NCBI RefSeq assembly: GCF_006345805.1
Contig: NC_043015.1
Location: 50,096,001-50,160,000, forward strand
Source of the DNA: Octopus sinensis
Lineage: Eukaryota
Direction: 5' to 3'
Length of the DNA: 64,000 nt
Shown piece by piece: positions 26,601-39,300 of this stretch. The notes beneath the pieces are model-generated. The model was not told the DNA's origin and ran no database searches. It saw only the letters and a list, made by a program, of their open reading frames with translations. Made by a program: the position numbers and the translations under genes. The first letter of the stretch is position 1, and the number at the start of each line of letters is the position of its first letter.

Positions 26601-29098
26601 AGCTATTATGATAGCTCGCCACCCTAACACTTTCATAATAACACCAATATGTATAACAAGGTTAAACTTAGAAATTACAATTCCGTTTTCATTTTGGTTT
26701 ACAATTATGTTTTCTTTTGACACATTCTACCAGTATACGAAGTTTCAAATTGTTTAGTTAACTAGGAAAATCTGGCTTTCAAAAGGAAAAGATCCATATA
26801 TAATGGATTGTGGTATTTAAAAATCATATGTAGATCTTCGTGTATCAGCCACTCTATATTATATTTGATTTTAACAGGAAAAAAAATGGGGTGCGACTTA
26901 TAACACGAGTAAATACAGTATATGTTTATGAATTCGGTCTCTCAAATAAACGGTTCACTGTTTTAGCGCAATCGTTTAGTTGATTGTTACTTTAAAGCCC
27001 AAAGGGAACTGTTTCAGAAAGTCCCTCCACCCCGACTTCCCCATTATCAGTTAATCAAAAGAAAACCCACTCTAGCGCGCACGCGTGTGTCTATCTGTTA
27101 AAATTGCTGTTTTATCAGTGTAGTGTAAAGAAGTGAGAAAATAGATAAAACAGGGTTGTTGTGTGTTTTTTTTTTAATGCAGAATAATAATAGGTTCTGG
27201 AAGAACATAATGTCGTTTTAAAAACTTCAAAAGGTTATAGAGTAACCAGAAACAATAATTAAGTTAATGATAATCATAAAATATAAATGCATTAAAACGC
27301 TAATTGTGTTGCAGAATAACTATTTAAACAATTGTTAGTTGCTTATGTAAAGAGAGAGAGAGAGAAACCTTGTAAAACCAGTTTAAGACAAGCTTTAATT
27401 CTCACTCGAAGGGTCGATAGAGTTCTTTATCTTTGTCTAACATCGATCTTTTATTATAATTTTGTTTTGTCCTTTTTTCCACGTTTGAATATTTTATTAA
27501 TTTTGAACGAAACGTAATTAACTGAACTTTCGTCTGCTAGCTTCTGCTATTAAAAAATTTTCGTTCGCGAGGTACTGTGTCAAATCAAAATTCTTGACCT
27601 TTTGAGGTGAATTTCGAGGGGCTGAAGGACAACCATTTGAATTATTTTAACATTATTGCGTTGCTGAAGACTGCGATTTTGGATTTGCCATTCCGTTTTC
27701 TTAACCTATATCTATCTATCTATTTCATGGGTGGGCAACCTTTATCAAGAAGCGGTCCGCATGAGGCATGGCTCATCAGTAGGTGGGGCGCAGTTTTCCC
27801 GTGAATGCTATATACGGACCAACTAGAAGTTTTCTTAACTGGGGTTAGGTTTTATTGAGTGAAGAAAAATCTTGAGGGAGAGATATGTCAGTCATAACAA
27901 ACCGATTTAACAGAAATTGTTGCCGATTTGCCCTAGAATCACTCTTGACTATCTCAAACAAATAACTCTTAAAAGGAAGAGATAGTCACGGTTGGCAGGC
28001 CTTTAATTGCCCGCTCGATCAGTACTCACTTGGGTTATAAATAACACATTGATTTCATTGAAATCTAAATAGGTTTAGAAGCTTATTTGAATAAATAAGT
28101 CTTAGAGGACCTTAAGTGACATTGTTTTAAATGTGTTGTACAGTTGAGCATAACTGATCTGATAGTTAAGCAACTCCAGGGAAAATATTTCTTTCTTTTA
28201 CTACGTGAACCAACTTATCTGAGATTATTGAGAAGACGACACTGCTTCACCGAACTTAATGATTTTAATAGAAGCAGGTTTAATCGCGTTTCACTCCCGT
28301 GTTCATATCCCTGTCGAGTCGACCTTGTCTTTCGCACCTCCAAGGTCGATAAAATAAGAATTAGATACCATCGATTGACGCCCCCACCTCCACACACCAA
28401 AATACACAGACATACAAAAATTAGCCTTATGTCTAATTACCCAAATGTGTTGTTATTATTAGCACTGCTGCGTCACTGAACACCAAGGCTTTGGTTTCGC
28501 TCCTCGGTATTGTCACATTCCTGTCAGTATTTGTTCAGTTCACCCAGAGAATATATACATATAATTAGGCTGTGTGGCAGATATGAAAAATATTATTTTA
28601 TATTGTACCTTTTAATCGTATTTACCTTTTCTGTCGTGACGACAGATGTTCTATCGTAATGACAGATGGTTTTTTTTTTATATTATCTCTCTCTCTCACT
28701 CAAATAATCCCTGTTTTAACAATTTTATTATGATTTAAATACCTGGAAGTGGATTAAAGATTAGCGACAAATTAACTATTTTAAGGGAACTAAAATACGA
28801 AGGTGATATGAATTGAAGATATCGGCTTATATAATTAAAAAGAAAAAGAAAAAAGAACTTAACGCAATTAATTGTTTTACGAGTAGCGAGTGGCCTGTAC
28901 TTTATCAGCAACTAACAACAGATATTTCAATTTCCAGCGTTAACGTCTCTAATCTGTTAAAATAGAATTAAGTAGATTCGATGCCAGGTAGGACGGTTTC
29001 TAACTGGTTTTTCCCAAACTAATAAATGATTGATGATAATAATAAAGACAAACGTGTGTATGCTCAGAAATACGTATGCGCATTATACATACATATAC

Positions 29099-29140
<42 letters not shown>

Positions 29141-29181
29141 CGTAAGAGCGTCCACATAGTGGATTCTCTCTCATAGTTGTG

Positions 29182-29212
<31 letters not shown>

Positions 29213-29271
29213 CAAATAAGTTAATGTTCACTACAGCTATTTCAGGCGCGTTTTTATTGATTGTACTTGCT

Positions 29272-29335
<64 letters not shown>

Positions 29336-30199
29336 TGTTATTTGAGGTTATATAACAAAATGAACCCACCTCACAATGTAACGAGGTTGGCAAATGTAAA
29401 GAAGAAAGTGTAAAATTGTGAGATGTTTTTAATGCTGTCGTGCTGAGGTCTAGTCAACCACTCTGGTGTTGGTGCCGCAAGAAAATGCACCCAGAATACT
29501 CTGTAGAGTGGTTGACGGGTTGTAACGGCAACCAATCGTAGAAACTGATTCAAATAGCACATGCTAGCATCAGTCTTTGAGAGCTACCGCTCCCCAAAAA
29601 TATATAAACTCGGACCGCCACGACCATCTGGCCCATACTAGCATGGAAAGCGGACGTTAAATGATTAGATAGATAGATAGATAGACATTTGTTGCTAAAT
29701 TTGCAACTTTAGTTACAAATAAACTAAAATATATAACGGATCATTTTAAGATTTTTCCGAATGAGACGAAACACTCAATGATGTGTATATATATATATAT
29801 ATATATATGTATTGATGTTAGAAAATACACCCGACTATTAATTTAAATATTATAGACTCTGCCTTCTAGTATTGAGTCTTACTGTTAATACCTTTATCCC
29901 TGTTATACACACAGATGAACATTTGCGTGTGGGTGTGTAACTACCTATATGTGATATGGGGTACATTAGTCTGCGTATACACACACACACACACATGCAT
30001 AAGAGAGATTTGAACTCGTTACTCAGTGGTTAATAGATGAGTGACTTCACATCTGTTGCATGATTTTGCATGCGTACGCACAGACACATAGATAAGTGTC
30101 GCCATTAAGTTACATAAGTAGACGTGTGCGTGTGTGTATATATATATATAATATATATATATATATAATATATATATATATATGTGTGTGTGTACTTTA

Positions 30200-30421
30200 A
30201 AAGCAGCAGAAAATATAACAAAAGCTGTTACTCAGAGTTTCACGTTCCCGTTCATCGGACAGGTTTTGTTAAAATAGAACAAAACCTGTCCAATGAACGG
30301 GAACGTGAAACTCTGAGTAACAGCTTTTATATTTTCTGCTGCTTTCAAATCATATTACTCTATCTCTAGTATTTGAGTACTCTTTTTTCCACCATGTTTC
30401 ACATCTATGTGCTTACTCTGG
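30200..30421. mobile_element. Fold-back element carrying a type-I hammerhead-like motif, in (TA)n
   Basis: Hairpin 30200-30345 with arms of about 70 bp. Each arm carries CTGT-CC(G/A)ATGA-ACG-GGAA-CGT-GAAA-CTCTGAG-TA-ACAG; unique tail to 30421. Confidence 0.7.
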
Positions 30422-30528
30422 TATATATATATATATATATAAATGAGGATAAGATCGTTAATTTAAAATAAAATAACGAACTTATCAAGTGGCCAGCATG
30501 GAAAAAATAACCTTCAAAGGTAATAATT

Positions 30529-30806
30529 ATTAAAATTATAAATTAGGGTATCTACGAGATACCACCATGCTGAAAATAGCAGCCATGATCCGACTCTAAA
30601 ACCACCTTAAGTTTTCATATAGCAACATGGAGAGAAGACAGAGAGACAAGATGAAACTAGTAAAATTATCCAGTAATTTTTTACTAGTTTTATCCTGTCT
30701 TTGTCTTCTCTCCATGTTGCTATATGAAAATTTAAGGTGGTTTTAGAGTCGGATCATGGTTGCTATTTTCAGCACGGTGGTATCTCGTAGATACCCTAAT
30801 TTATAA

Positions 30807-30813
<7 letters not shown>
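30529..30813. repeat. Long palindrome (arms about 135 bp) ending in (TA)n
   Basis: attaaaattataaattagggtatctacgag...aactagtaaaa mirrored by ttttactagtt...ctcgtagataccctaatttataattttaat. Confidence 0.9.
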
Positions 30814-30843
<30 letters not shown>

Positions 30844-31122
30844 CCTCAGATACAAACGCACATACACATACACACAGGTTCTCTCTCTCACTTCCTCCTC
30901 ATCCACTTCACCCTCTTGTGCTGTCTTGTTCCTCCCCACCACTACGAAACTCTATAAAATGATTAAAATTCCCCACAAAGGAATTATTTTGATTTGAAAA
31001 CCCCACTAGAATGGGAGAAAGCGCTAATGATCTGAATGATATGATATATATATGTAAAAAATGTAATATATAAATAAATATCTGTAAATATGAACCATCC
31101 GATCTTCTGATTACCTCATTTC

Positions 31123-31166
<44 letters not shown>

Positions 31167-32537
31167 TGTAAGGATACAATAATTAGATACATACGTATTG
31201 TGTATGTATGATAGGACATAGACGAGTATGTATGTTTATACATATCCGACCAATCCATACCACCAGGGAAATTGGATGTAAAATGACAATGACGGTGATC
31301 TCTCTTTCTCTCGCAAAACACACACAACTGTCATTGGTAGTACGTTGATAGTTGAATGTACGACTTAAGCCCTCAAATAATCTGACCCATCCATGCAAAA
31401 TAGAAACCACTGACAACTGTAGATAGTGGCAGCACTCTAAAACTGCTTAGTGCTGTTCTAGTTGCTTGCTGACCTGATTAAATGTCCCGTTTGAACTTTT
31501 GGACAATCCGGAGACGAGGTGTGACCTTGAGAGTGAAATCTCTGTAATGTCTAACATTGAGATAAATTAAAATTTATTTTTACTATTTCATTTTATTGTT
31601 ATTAGTGTTGTTATTATGATAATTTTATTTTTATAGTAACTTATTTTCGAATGTTCTTTTGAGATGAAGGATATTTTTATTGAATACAATTAAGAAATTT
31701 CAGTAACTAATATAAATTTATTTAAAGTCGCTCAGCGAATTTCGCAATCATTTGGAGTTATCTCCCCTGTTCAACAGTCAGCTTTTAACATTACACGGCA
31801 TAGTAATAAGCCTGCAATATACAAAGACACATACGCACACACACATCACCACACATACGCACACGAGGACTTTTGACTAAACAGTTTTCGAGTCCTGAGA
31901 TCGATAAAATATGACCCAATAGAACACCTGAAGTCGATTCAATCGATTATGTCAAAATTCTTTAAAAAAATTGAAACGAAAGCTGTTGATTCGATTAAAA
32001 TCATTCACCTTAGCTCTAGGCGACATCAGTGCCGTCCGGTTTCGGTTGTTTGACGCTAATTCACTTTTCCATAAACATCTAATAATATCTGGAAATGCAT
32101 GAACGTCACAACCTAACCATTTTTATATTTTTCAAAAAAATATGTCTCGGGGGCAAAAAAATAAAAACAACAAAAACAGGTTTATTACAAAGTTAGAAAT
32201 ACGATATCCAAGGTCAAAACAATCTGTATTATAATTAAAGAAAACATTAGTGTTATTAATTAATACACTTGATACACTTATCAGGCGTTCAGAGCTCTCA
32301 GTCTTCTAGCAGTCGGGTGATGTGGCCGGAGGAGATTCCATGTTAACTTTCTGTGGGATTAATGGGAGGAAACAGCAACAAATGTTCTCAGGGGAATCTC
32401 TGGGTACTGACAAGGCTTAACTGGGTTGTCTGTTCTGAAAACTTAAAATAACTTCAAGAAATCCCTGGCCTAGCAACGTTAACAATGGGCATGGTTGGTT
32501 TGTGATAGATAGACTCAATAGCACCATGGCTCAGTAG

Positions 32538-33178
32538 TACCTATTTCTTTATTACCCACAAGGGGCTAAACACAGAGGGGACAAAGCTGGCAGAAACGTT
32601 AGCACGCCGGGCGAAATGCTTAGCAGTATTTCGTCTGCCGTTACGTTGTGAGTTCAAATTCCGCCGAGGTCGACTTTGCCTTTCATCCTTTCGGGGTCGA
32701 TAAATTAAGTACCAGTTATGGACTAGGGTCGATGTAATCGACTTAATACCTATGTCTGTCCTTGTTTGTCCCCTCTGTGTTTAGCCCCTTGTGGGTAATA
32801 AAGAAAAAGGACAGACATAGGTATTAAGTCGATTACATCGACCCCAGTGCGTAACTGGTACTTAATTTATCGACCCCGAAAGGATGAAAGGTAAAGTCGA
32901 CCACGGCGGAATTTGAACTCAGAACGTAACGGCAGACGAAATACCTATTTCTTTATTACCCACAAGGGGCTAAAAACAGAGGGGACAAACAAGGACAGAC
33001 ATAGGTATTAGGTCGATTACATCGACCCCAGTACGTAACTGGTACTTAATTTATCGACCCCGAAAGGATGAAAGGCAAAGTCGACCTCGGCGGAATTTGA
33101 ACTCAGAACGTAACGACAGACAAAATACGGCTACGCATTTCGCCCGGCGTGCTAACGTTTCTGCCAGCTCGCCGCCTT
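32538..33178. mobile_element. Cluster of young SINE family A copies in opposite orientations
   Basis: Plus copy 32586-32805 followed by minus-strand dimer 32810-33178; CpGs intact. Confidence 0.85.
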
Positions 33179-33199
33179 ACCGTGAGCCGGACTATGTCT

Positions 33200-33770
33200 C
33201 AGATGGGAGCAGAGCAGAGCATGTACTCATTTGGCTGGCACTCTCATGTCCTGCTCGTGCTTACTTAGCTGGTACACATGCCCTCCACTCCCCATTCAGC
33301 GTGGTACGAGCGTTGCTGACGTGTTTCGTCGAGCTGTTTGTATCGTGGATATAACGTATCCAGCAATCGACCGATTTTATCGTGATGATGACTCGGCCTC
33401 CTTCCTTTAATCGAGAAAGACATGCAGATTTCCTCTGTCTGATGGCTTTTTCCAAAAGAGGTGTAATAGACACGATTAAAACCCCTGACTGGGGACAGAC
33501 AATTTCCTTTTCGGCTAAGCCCTTATCGACGTTTCTTAATTCCCCTTGATGACAATGATGAAGGATAAATTTGTTGAAAGGTTGCTGGGAATTTTGATCA
33601 TGGCTCAAGTGAACGAACGTATTTCCAGCATGTCCCTATACACAGGGAACTTCCGCTTGGTAGCCAGGATAATTTTGTATCCGAGAGGGTATTTGGTTGC
33701 TCTTAGACGAAGCGCCTTCCCTCAAGTCTCATATATTTGTTTAACTCCATCGCCATTTCTTTATTGATTG
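33200..33770 (-). mobile_element. Highly degraded non-LTR reverse transcriptase fragment
   Basis: Minus-strand ORF contains VCPQSGVL, reminiscent of the GCPQGGVLSP RT motif; no intact YADD seen. Confidence 0.35.
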
Positions 33771-34574
33771 GCTTCCTCACCAATATCCCATCGTCGGTCG
33801 CCTATTTGGCCGAATCGTTAGAGCGTTCGGACAAAAATACCTTGCTGTATTTGCTCCGGCTCTTTACTTCGCGAGTTCAAATTCCGCCGAGGTTAATTTT
33901 CGCCTTTCGCCCTTTCGGGATTGGTAAAAATAAGGTACCAGTCATGTACTGGGGTCGATAATATCGACCTAACTCTTCCTATAAACTGCTGACCTTGTAC
34001 CTAAACCAGCTGCTGCTACTACTACTACTACTACTTAAGCTTGTTCTCTGTCTCCTCAAAAATCGCGAAAAGTAACATTTGAAATTAAATATTTATAGTT
34101 TTTTTGTTTTTTTAAATGACAAACTTAGCAGCTTTTTATCGGCGAATTTCGTCTCTCGGTAAACATTCGTCAAATCGTTTATTGAAGACTACCGTACTTA
34201 TTAGAAAGTTATTAAGGACGGTGGACGGAAAATAGCGGGCAAAAAAAAAATTAAAAGCCCAAATACTTTGCGATATGTAATTATGTACCTTCGAGTTCAA
34301 CTCCTACAAGAAGCTGTCTTTGTGTTTCTTCTTACATCACTCAATATAATCGATGATGCGCCGCCATTAAAATATTTGACCTTCTACTTTCGCTGAAAAA
34401 CAAGGAAAAGTCATCATTAATTTTTAAAGAAGGTTTTCGGCTATCGACGTGGGAGAGAGTCAGATGAAATCCATTGGGTTTCTCTTCCATTCCGACATCA
34501 ACTTTACTTTTTATTCTTCTTGTGCTAATATTAAAAAAATCATCATCGTCATTATTATCATTATTATTATTATT

Positions 34575-35010
34575 AAGGTGGCGAACTGTCAGAGTCGTTA
34601 GCACGCCGGGTGAAATGCTTAGCGGTGTTTCGTCTGCCGCTACGTTCTGAGTCCAAATTCCGCCGAGGTCGACTTTGCCTTTCATCCTTACGGGGTCGAT
34701 AAATTAAGTACCAGTTACGCACTGGGGGTTGATGTAATCGACTTAATGCCTTTGTCTGTCCTTGTTTGTTCCCTCTATGTTTGGCCCCTTGTGGGCAATA
34801 AAGAAATAAGAATCGTTAGCACGCTGGGTGAAATGCTTAGCGGTGTTTCGTCTGCCGCTACGTTCTGAGTCCAAATTGCGCCGAGGTCGACTTTGCCTTT
34901 CATCCTTTCGTGGTCGATAAATTAAGTACCAGTTACGTACTGGGGTCGATGTAATCGACTAGCCCCCTTCCCCCAAAATTTTCAAGGCCTTGTGCCAAGA
35001 GTAGAAATAA
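34575..35010 (+). mobile_element. SINE family A tandem dimer with two different tails
   Basis: Two successive bodies; first ends ggccccttgtgggcaataaagaaata, second ends ggccttgtgccaagagtagaa. Confidence 0.8.
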
Positions 35011-37036
35011 TAATTATTATTAATAGTATTTCTCTCGTTGTGTGTGTGTGTGAAAGTGTGGTTGTGTGGTAAGAAGCGAAAGTCGGCGGGTGCTTTTCGT
35101 CTTCTCCCATCCTTATCATCCTTGCATCATTATCATTCATCCCATTAATGTCTGTGTCCTGCCCGCAAGCTTCTATCTGTGTGCTGCCCTTGTGTCAAAT
35201 TAAATGAAATAAAGAAGCTTCCTTTCTCTGTGTAAGGCCTTATGGCCAATATAATGAAATAAAGAAGTTTTCTTCCCAGCCATATGGTTCCGCGTGGCAC
35301 CTTAGGCAAGTGTCTTTTACTGTACCCTCGGGCTAACCAAAGCTTTATGAGTGGATTTGGTAGACGGAAACTGAAAGAAGCTCGTCATGTTTGTGTGTGT
35401 GTGATGGAAACCAAAGAGTGGATGGCTGCATGGAAAGCCTGTGTCCCATTGAGGCCTAATTCTGCTTTTATGTAACCATGGATCAATATCGTTATTATTA
35501 TAAAAGTTGCGAGCTGCTAGAATCCTTACAGCGTCGGAAAAAATTCTCTGCGTTAAATACTCGTTCTCTTCAAATTCTGAGTTCAAATCGCGCCGAAGTT
35601 GCCTTCCTTTTTCTAAAGTACCAGTCAAGTACTAGGGTCGATATAACCTCATACCCTAAAAACTGATGGCCTTGTGCCAAAATTAAAGATGGCAACTATT
35701 AGAATCGTTAGCATGCCGGACAAAATGCTTAGCGGCATTTCGTCCGTCTTTACGTTCTGAGTTCAAATTCCGCCGAGGTCGACTTTGCCTTTCATCATTT
35801 CGGGGTAAATAAATTATGTAGCAGTTGAGCACTGGAGTCGATTAACCCCCTTCCCAGAATTTCAGGCTTTGTGCCTTTAGCAGGTAGGATTATTAAAGGC
35901 GGCAAGCTGGCAGAACTCGTTACCGCGCCGAACAAAAAAAGCTTAGAGATATTTCTTCCTGCTCTTTACGTTCTGAGTTCAAATCCCGCCTAAATCTTCT
36001 TTCTCTTTTTTTTCTTTCGGGGTCGATAAACTTAAAATACCAGTCAAGTACGTTGATCTATGTAATCGACTAACTCCTCTTCATAAAATTTCTGGCCTTG
36101 TGCCTTTGTAGAAAGAATTATTATTTGTTCGCTGGTGTAGGTTGGGGGCCACGTTAGAAACTAGGAACTCCATACTGAATGTAAATCTTAGGTCTTATTA
36201 AACAAAACATGACTCATTGACCCGGTAGATTCATTTTCCTTAAAGCCTGCTAAAAGCGATTAACTATTGTATTTGTAAATTACAATAAATCGTCTTATTA
36301 CATCACAAACACACTTCGTCCTTTCATTCAATTCTACCTCAAAGATTAAATTGGATTGAGACGAACAAAGGAAGATTATTTAAAAGTGGAGAACGTTAGC
36401 TCAGTATCACAGATGGTTGGACTTTTATAGAATAAAGCAATATCAAGGATGAGGTGATAGAAGAGAAAATTAGACCAAAGCACAAGTGTAGCTGAGCGGT
36501 TCAGAAGTCCGCTTTGCAATTATCTTCTGCTGTCGCACTAGACCGACCATTGCTTTATCAGTGACTTTAGGAGACAGAAATTTCGTGAAAGCCCATTAAC
36601 ATTTAAGCGAGGTTGTTGCCAGTAACGCCTGACTTGACCCCGTGCCAGCGGCACGTAAAAAGCACCCACTACACTCTTTGAGTGGTTGGCGTTAGGAAGG
36701 GCATCGAGCTGTAGAAACTCTGCCAGATCAAGATTGGAGCCTGGTACAGCCATCTGGTTCGCCAGTCCTCAGTCAAAATCGTCCAACCCATGCTAGTATG
36801 GAAAATGGACGTTAAACGATGATGATGATTATATATATGGTAAGAGGGCGCCCACCGCTTAACAGCCAGTGTTCGTTTATTTACGTCCCCGAAACTTAGC
36901 AGTCCGGCAAAACAGACCGATAGTATGAGTACCAGACTATAAAAAAAAACATGGGCAAGAGTCTTCTATAGCCTTCGGCCGACCAAAGCCTTCTGAGTGG
37001 ATTTGGTAGACGGAAACTGAAAGAAGCCCGTCGTAT

Positions 37037-37131
<95 letters not shown>

Positions 37132-37442
37132 GTTTGTGTGTCTGTTTGTCCCCCACCGTCGCTTGACAACCGATGCTGGTGTGTTTACGTCCCCGTAACA
37201 TAGTGGTTCGGCAGAGACCGATAGAATAAGTACCAAGCCTTACAAAGAATAAGTCCTGGGGTCGATTTGTTGGACTAAACGAGGTGCTCCAGCATGGCCG
37301 AAGTCAAATGACTTAAAAGAAAAAAGAATCACTTTTTTACCTGAGGCAAATAAAGATGAAAATACCCTGAAGTCGAACAAGGGAAATAACTCTAACATTA
37401 CATTACCCGCAAACTTGTTGATAACTTCTAAATTTTTTTCCG

Positions 37443-37478
<36 letters not shown>

Positions 37479-38869
37479 TTAAGGGTAGAAATCAATATTT
37501 ATCAATTAAAACCAGTGGTCTAGCATATTAAAAAAAGAATCCGAAGATTAAATATTTATATATACCAATTAAGGACTGAACACGAAAAAATGGACAGTCA
37601 ACATGCTAGATATAGACGTCAAATATATATATATATAGTGTTGACTCGTTCTGTAAAATGTCTGCTGTTACCATGAGACGGACTGACATGCCTTTTTAGA
37701 TATTTTTGCTACTCTCAGCATTTCAGTTGGCATATGATATCACTATTGTATTAAAACAATTTTAAGTTGAAATAACTTCAAACAATATACTAAGGGCGGC
37801 GAGCTGGCAGAGTCGTTAGCACGCCGGGAAAATGGAAAAGACGTTACCTCGGAAGATAACGAGGGAGACATTTGGTATTTCGAAGCAGCATATTGTGTAA
37901 TGGACTAGATTAGATAGATATTTAAGCGTTTCTATTCTGAATTCAGCTGGAGCCATCTCGATCCTCTTCTGATAAAAATATAAAATATACGGAGCAATAA
38001 GGAGTTGTTTGCACGCTTTTTGAGTACCTTGTAGTTATGTAGAAGACATCATTACATTCAGCTGTGGCGACTGTCATGAAAATGGTACGGCATTGTGACC
38101 TTAAGCAAGACATATTACTATGTTATTTTTTTTATCTGAACCAATGAGGGAATTTCTATATGGTCAATCGACCTGCTAGAGAAGCCAGCCAAATCTCCCT
38201 CAGGTAACACTAAAACATCTTTAAAAAATCTTTGGATAATGATAATAATAACGTAGTCCTAGATACAATATCTCTGAATAAAAGTTGGTTAGATGGTTAT
38301 GATCGAATGGTATCGATCATAAACTGACGGTATTGACGAGATTAAACTGTAACAACGATCTTATATTAGTCTGTTTAGAAAGAATTCTGTATTTCTTTAC
38401 TTCATAATGAAATAATTTGATTTTAATGAAGTTTATGTAACAGTGGAAGTGACTTATTTTCTTAAAAATCAATCAGCAATTATTGGTCTTATTTCTTATT
38501 ATCATCACTGACAGTCGTTAGCGCGCCGGACAAAATGCCAAGCGGCATCTCTTCTGGCTCTCAGCATTCTTAGTTCAAATTCCGTTACAGTTGACTAAGT
38601 CCTCCACTCTTTCAGGGTCAATAAAATAAGTCCTAGTCGTATACTGAGGTCGATATAATCGACTTCCCCCTCCCATCAAAGTTGCTGGCTTTGTGCCTAT
38701 ATTAGAAAGAATTGTTAGCACGAACAACAAAGTTGACATTTCGGGATTGACTTCAACATTCTATTCAATGGCAAAGATCAATTTCCTTCAAGACTCTCTT
38801 GTTCAACTTTCCCTTTTCAATTTCTTTCGTTTACAGAAATACTATTAAGTTTAGAAGTTAAAAAGGATT

Positions 38870-39300
38870 CTTATCCCCAGACAAAATAAAACATTAAGCG
38901 TGTCAAATATTTTGTTGATGAGGCCCTTGTCAAGAGATGGCCCGTGGCTTGTTTCCCTATTGAAGTTGGCTACCACAGTTTTCCAGCTAAATCGTTGCGC
39001 TTTTTCCTGCAGAAGATTGATTGGTACTCAACTCGAGAAAGCCACCAAGGAAATAAGCATGACAGCTGACACTAGCTCAAGGTGGCTGTGGTTGGCAGGA
39101 GATCAAAGGTGAAACCTTTCTGCAGGCGAAGACTAATTCAGTCCTCGTTACTCTACTGGCGCGAAGCGTAGAAGCTACGGGGCGAAATGTTTGCGACCCA
39201 GAGATAACCTGATGACGATATGAAAGGGTTTCCAACATTGCACTGGATTTAGAAGAGCTTGCAAGACTGAGTAGTCCCAGCCGTGTCTATGTGAGGCAAA
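38870..39300 (+). mobile_element. Second Hero-like endonuclease/3' end remnant
   Basis: Frameshifted peptides ..IEVGYHSFPAKSL and LEKATKEISMTADTSSRWLWL match the IEVGCRGF...A...S.WLW pattern of Hero-clade elements. Confidence 0.6.

Noticed and set aside
26870-26921. pogo/Tigger-like terminal sequence gggtgcgacttata..gtaaatacagta
   Set aside because: Only one end is visible, with no matching TIR, so it is too little to call an element.
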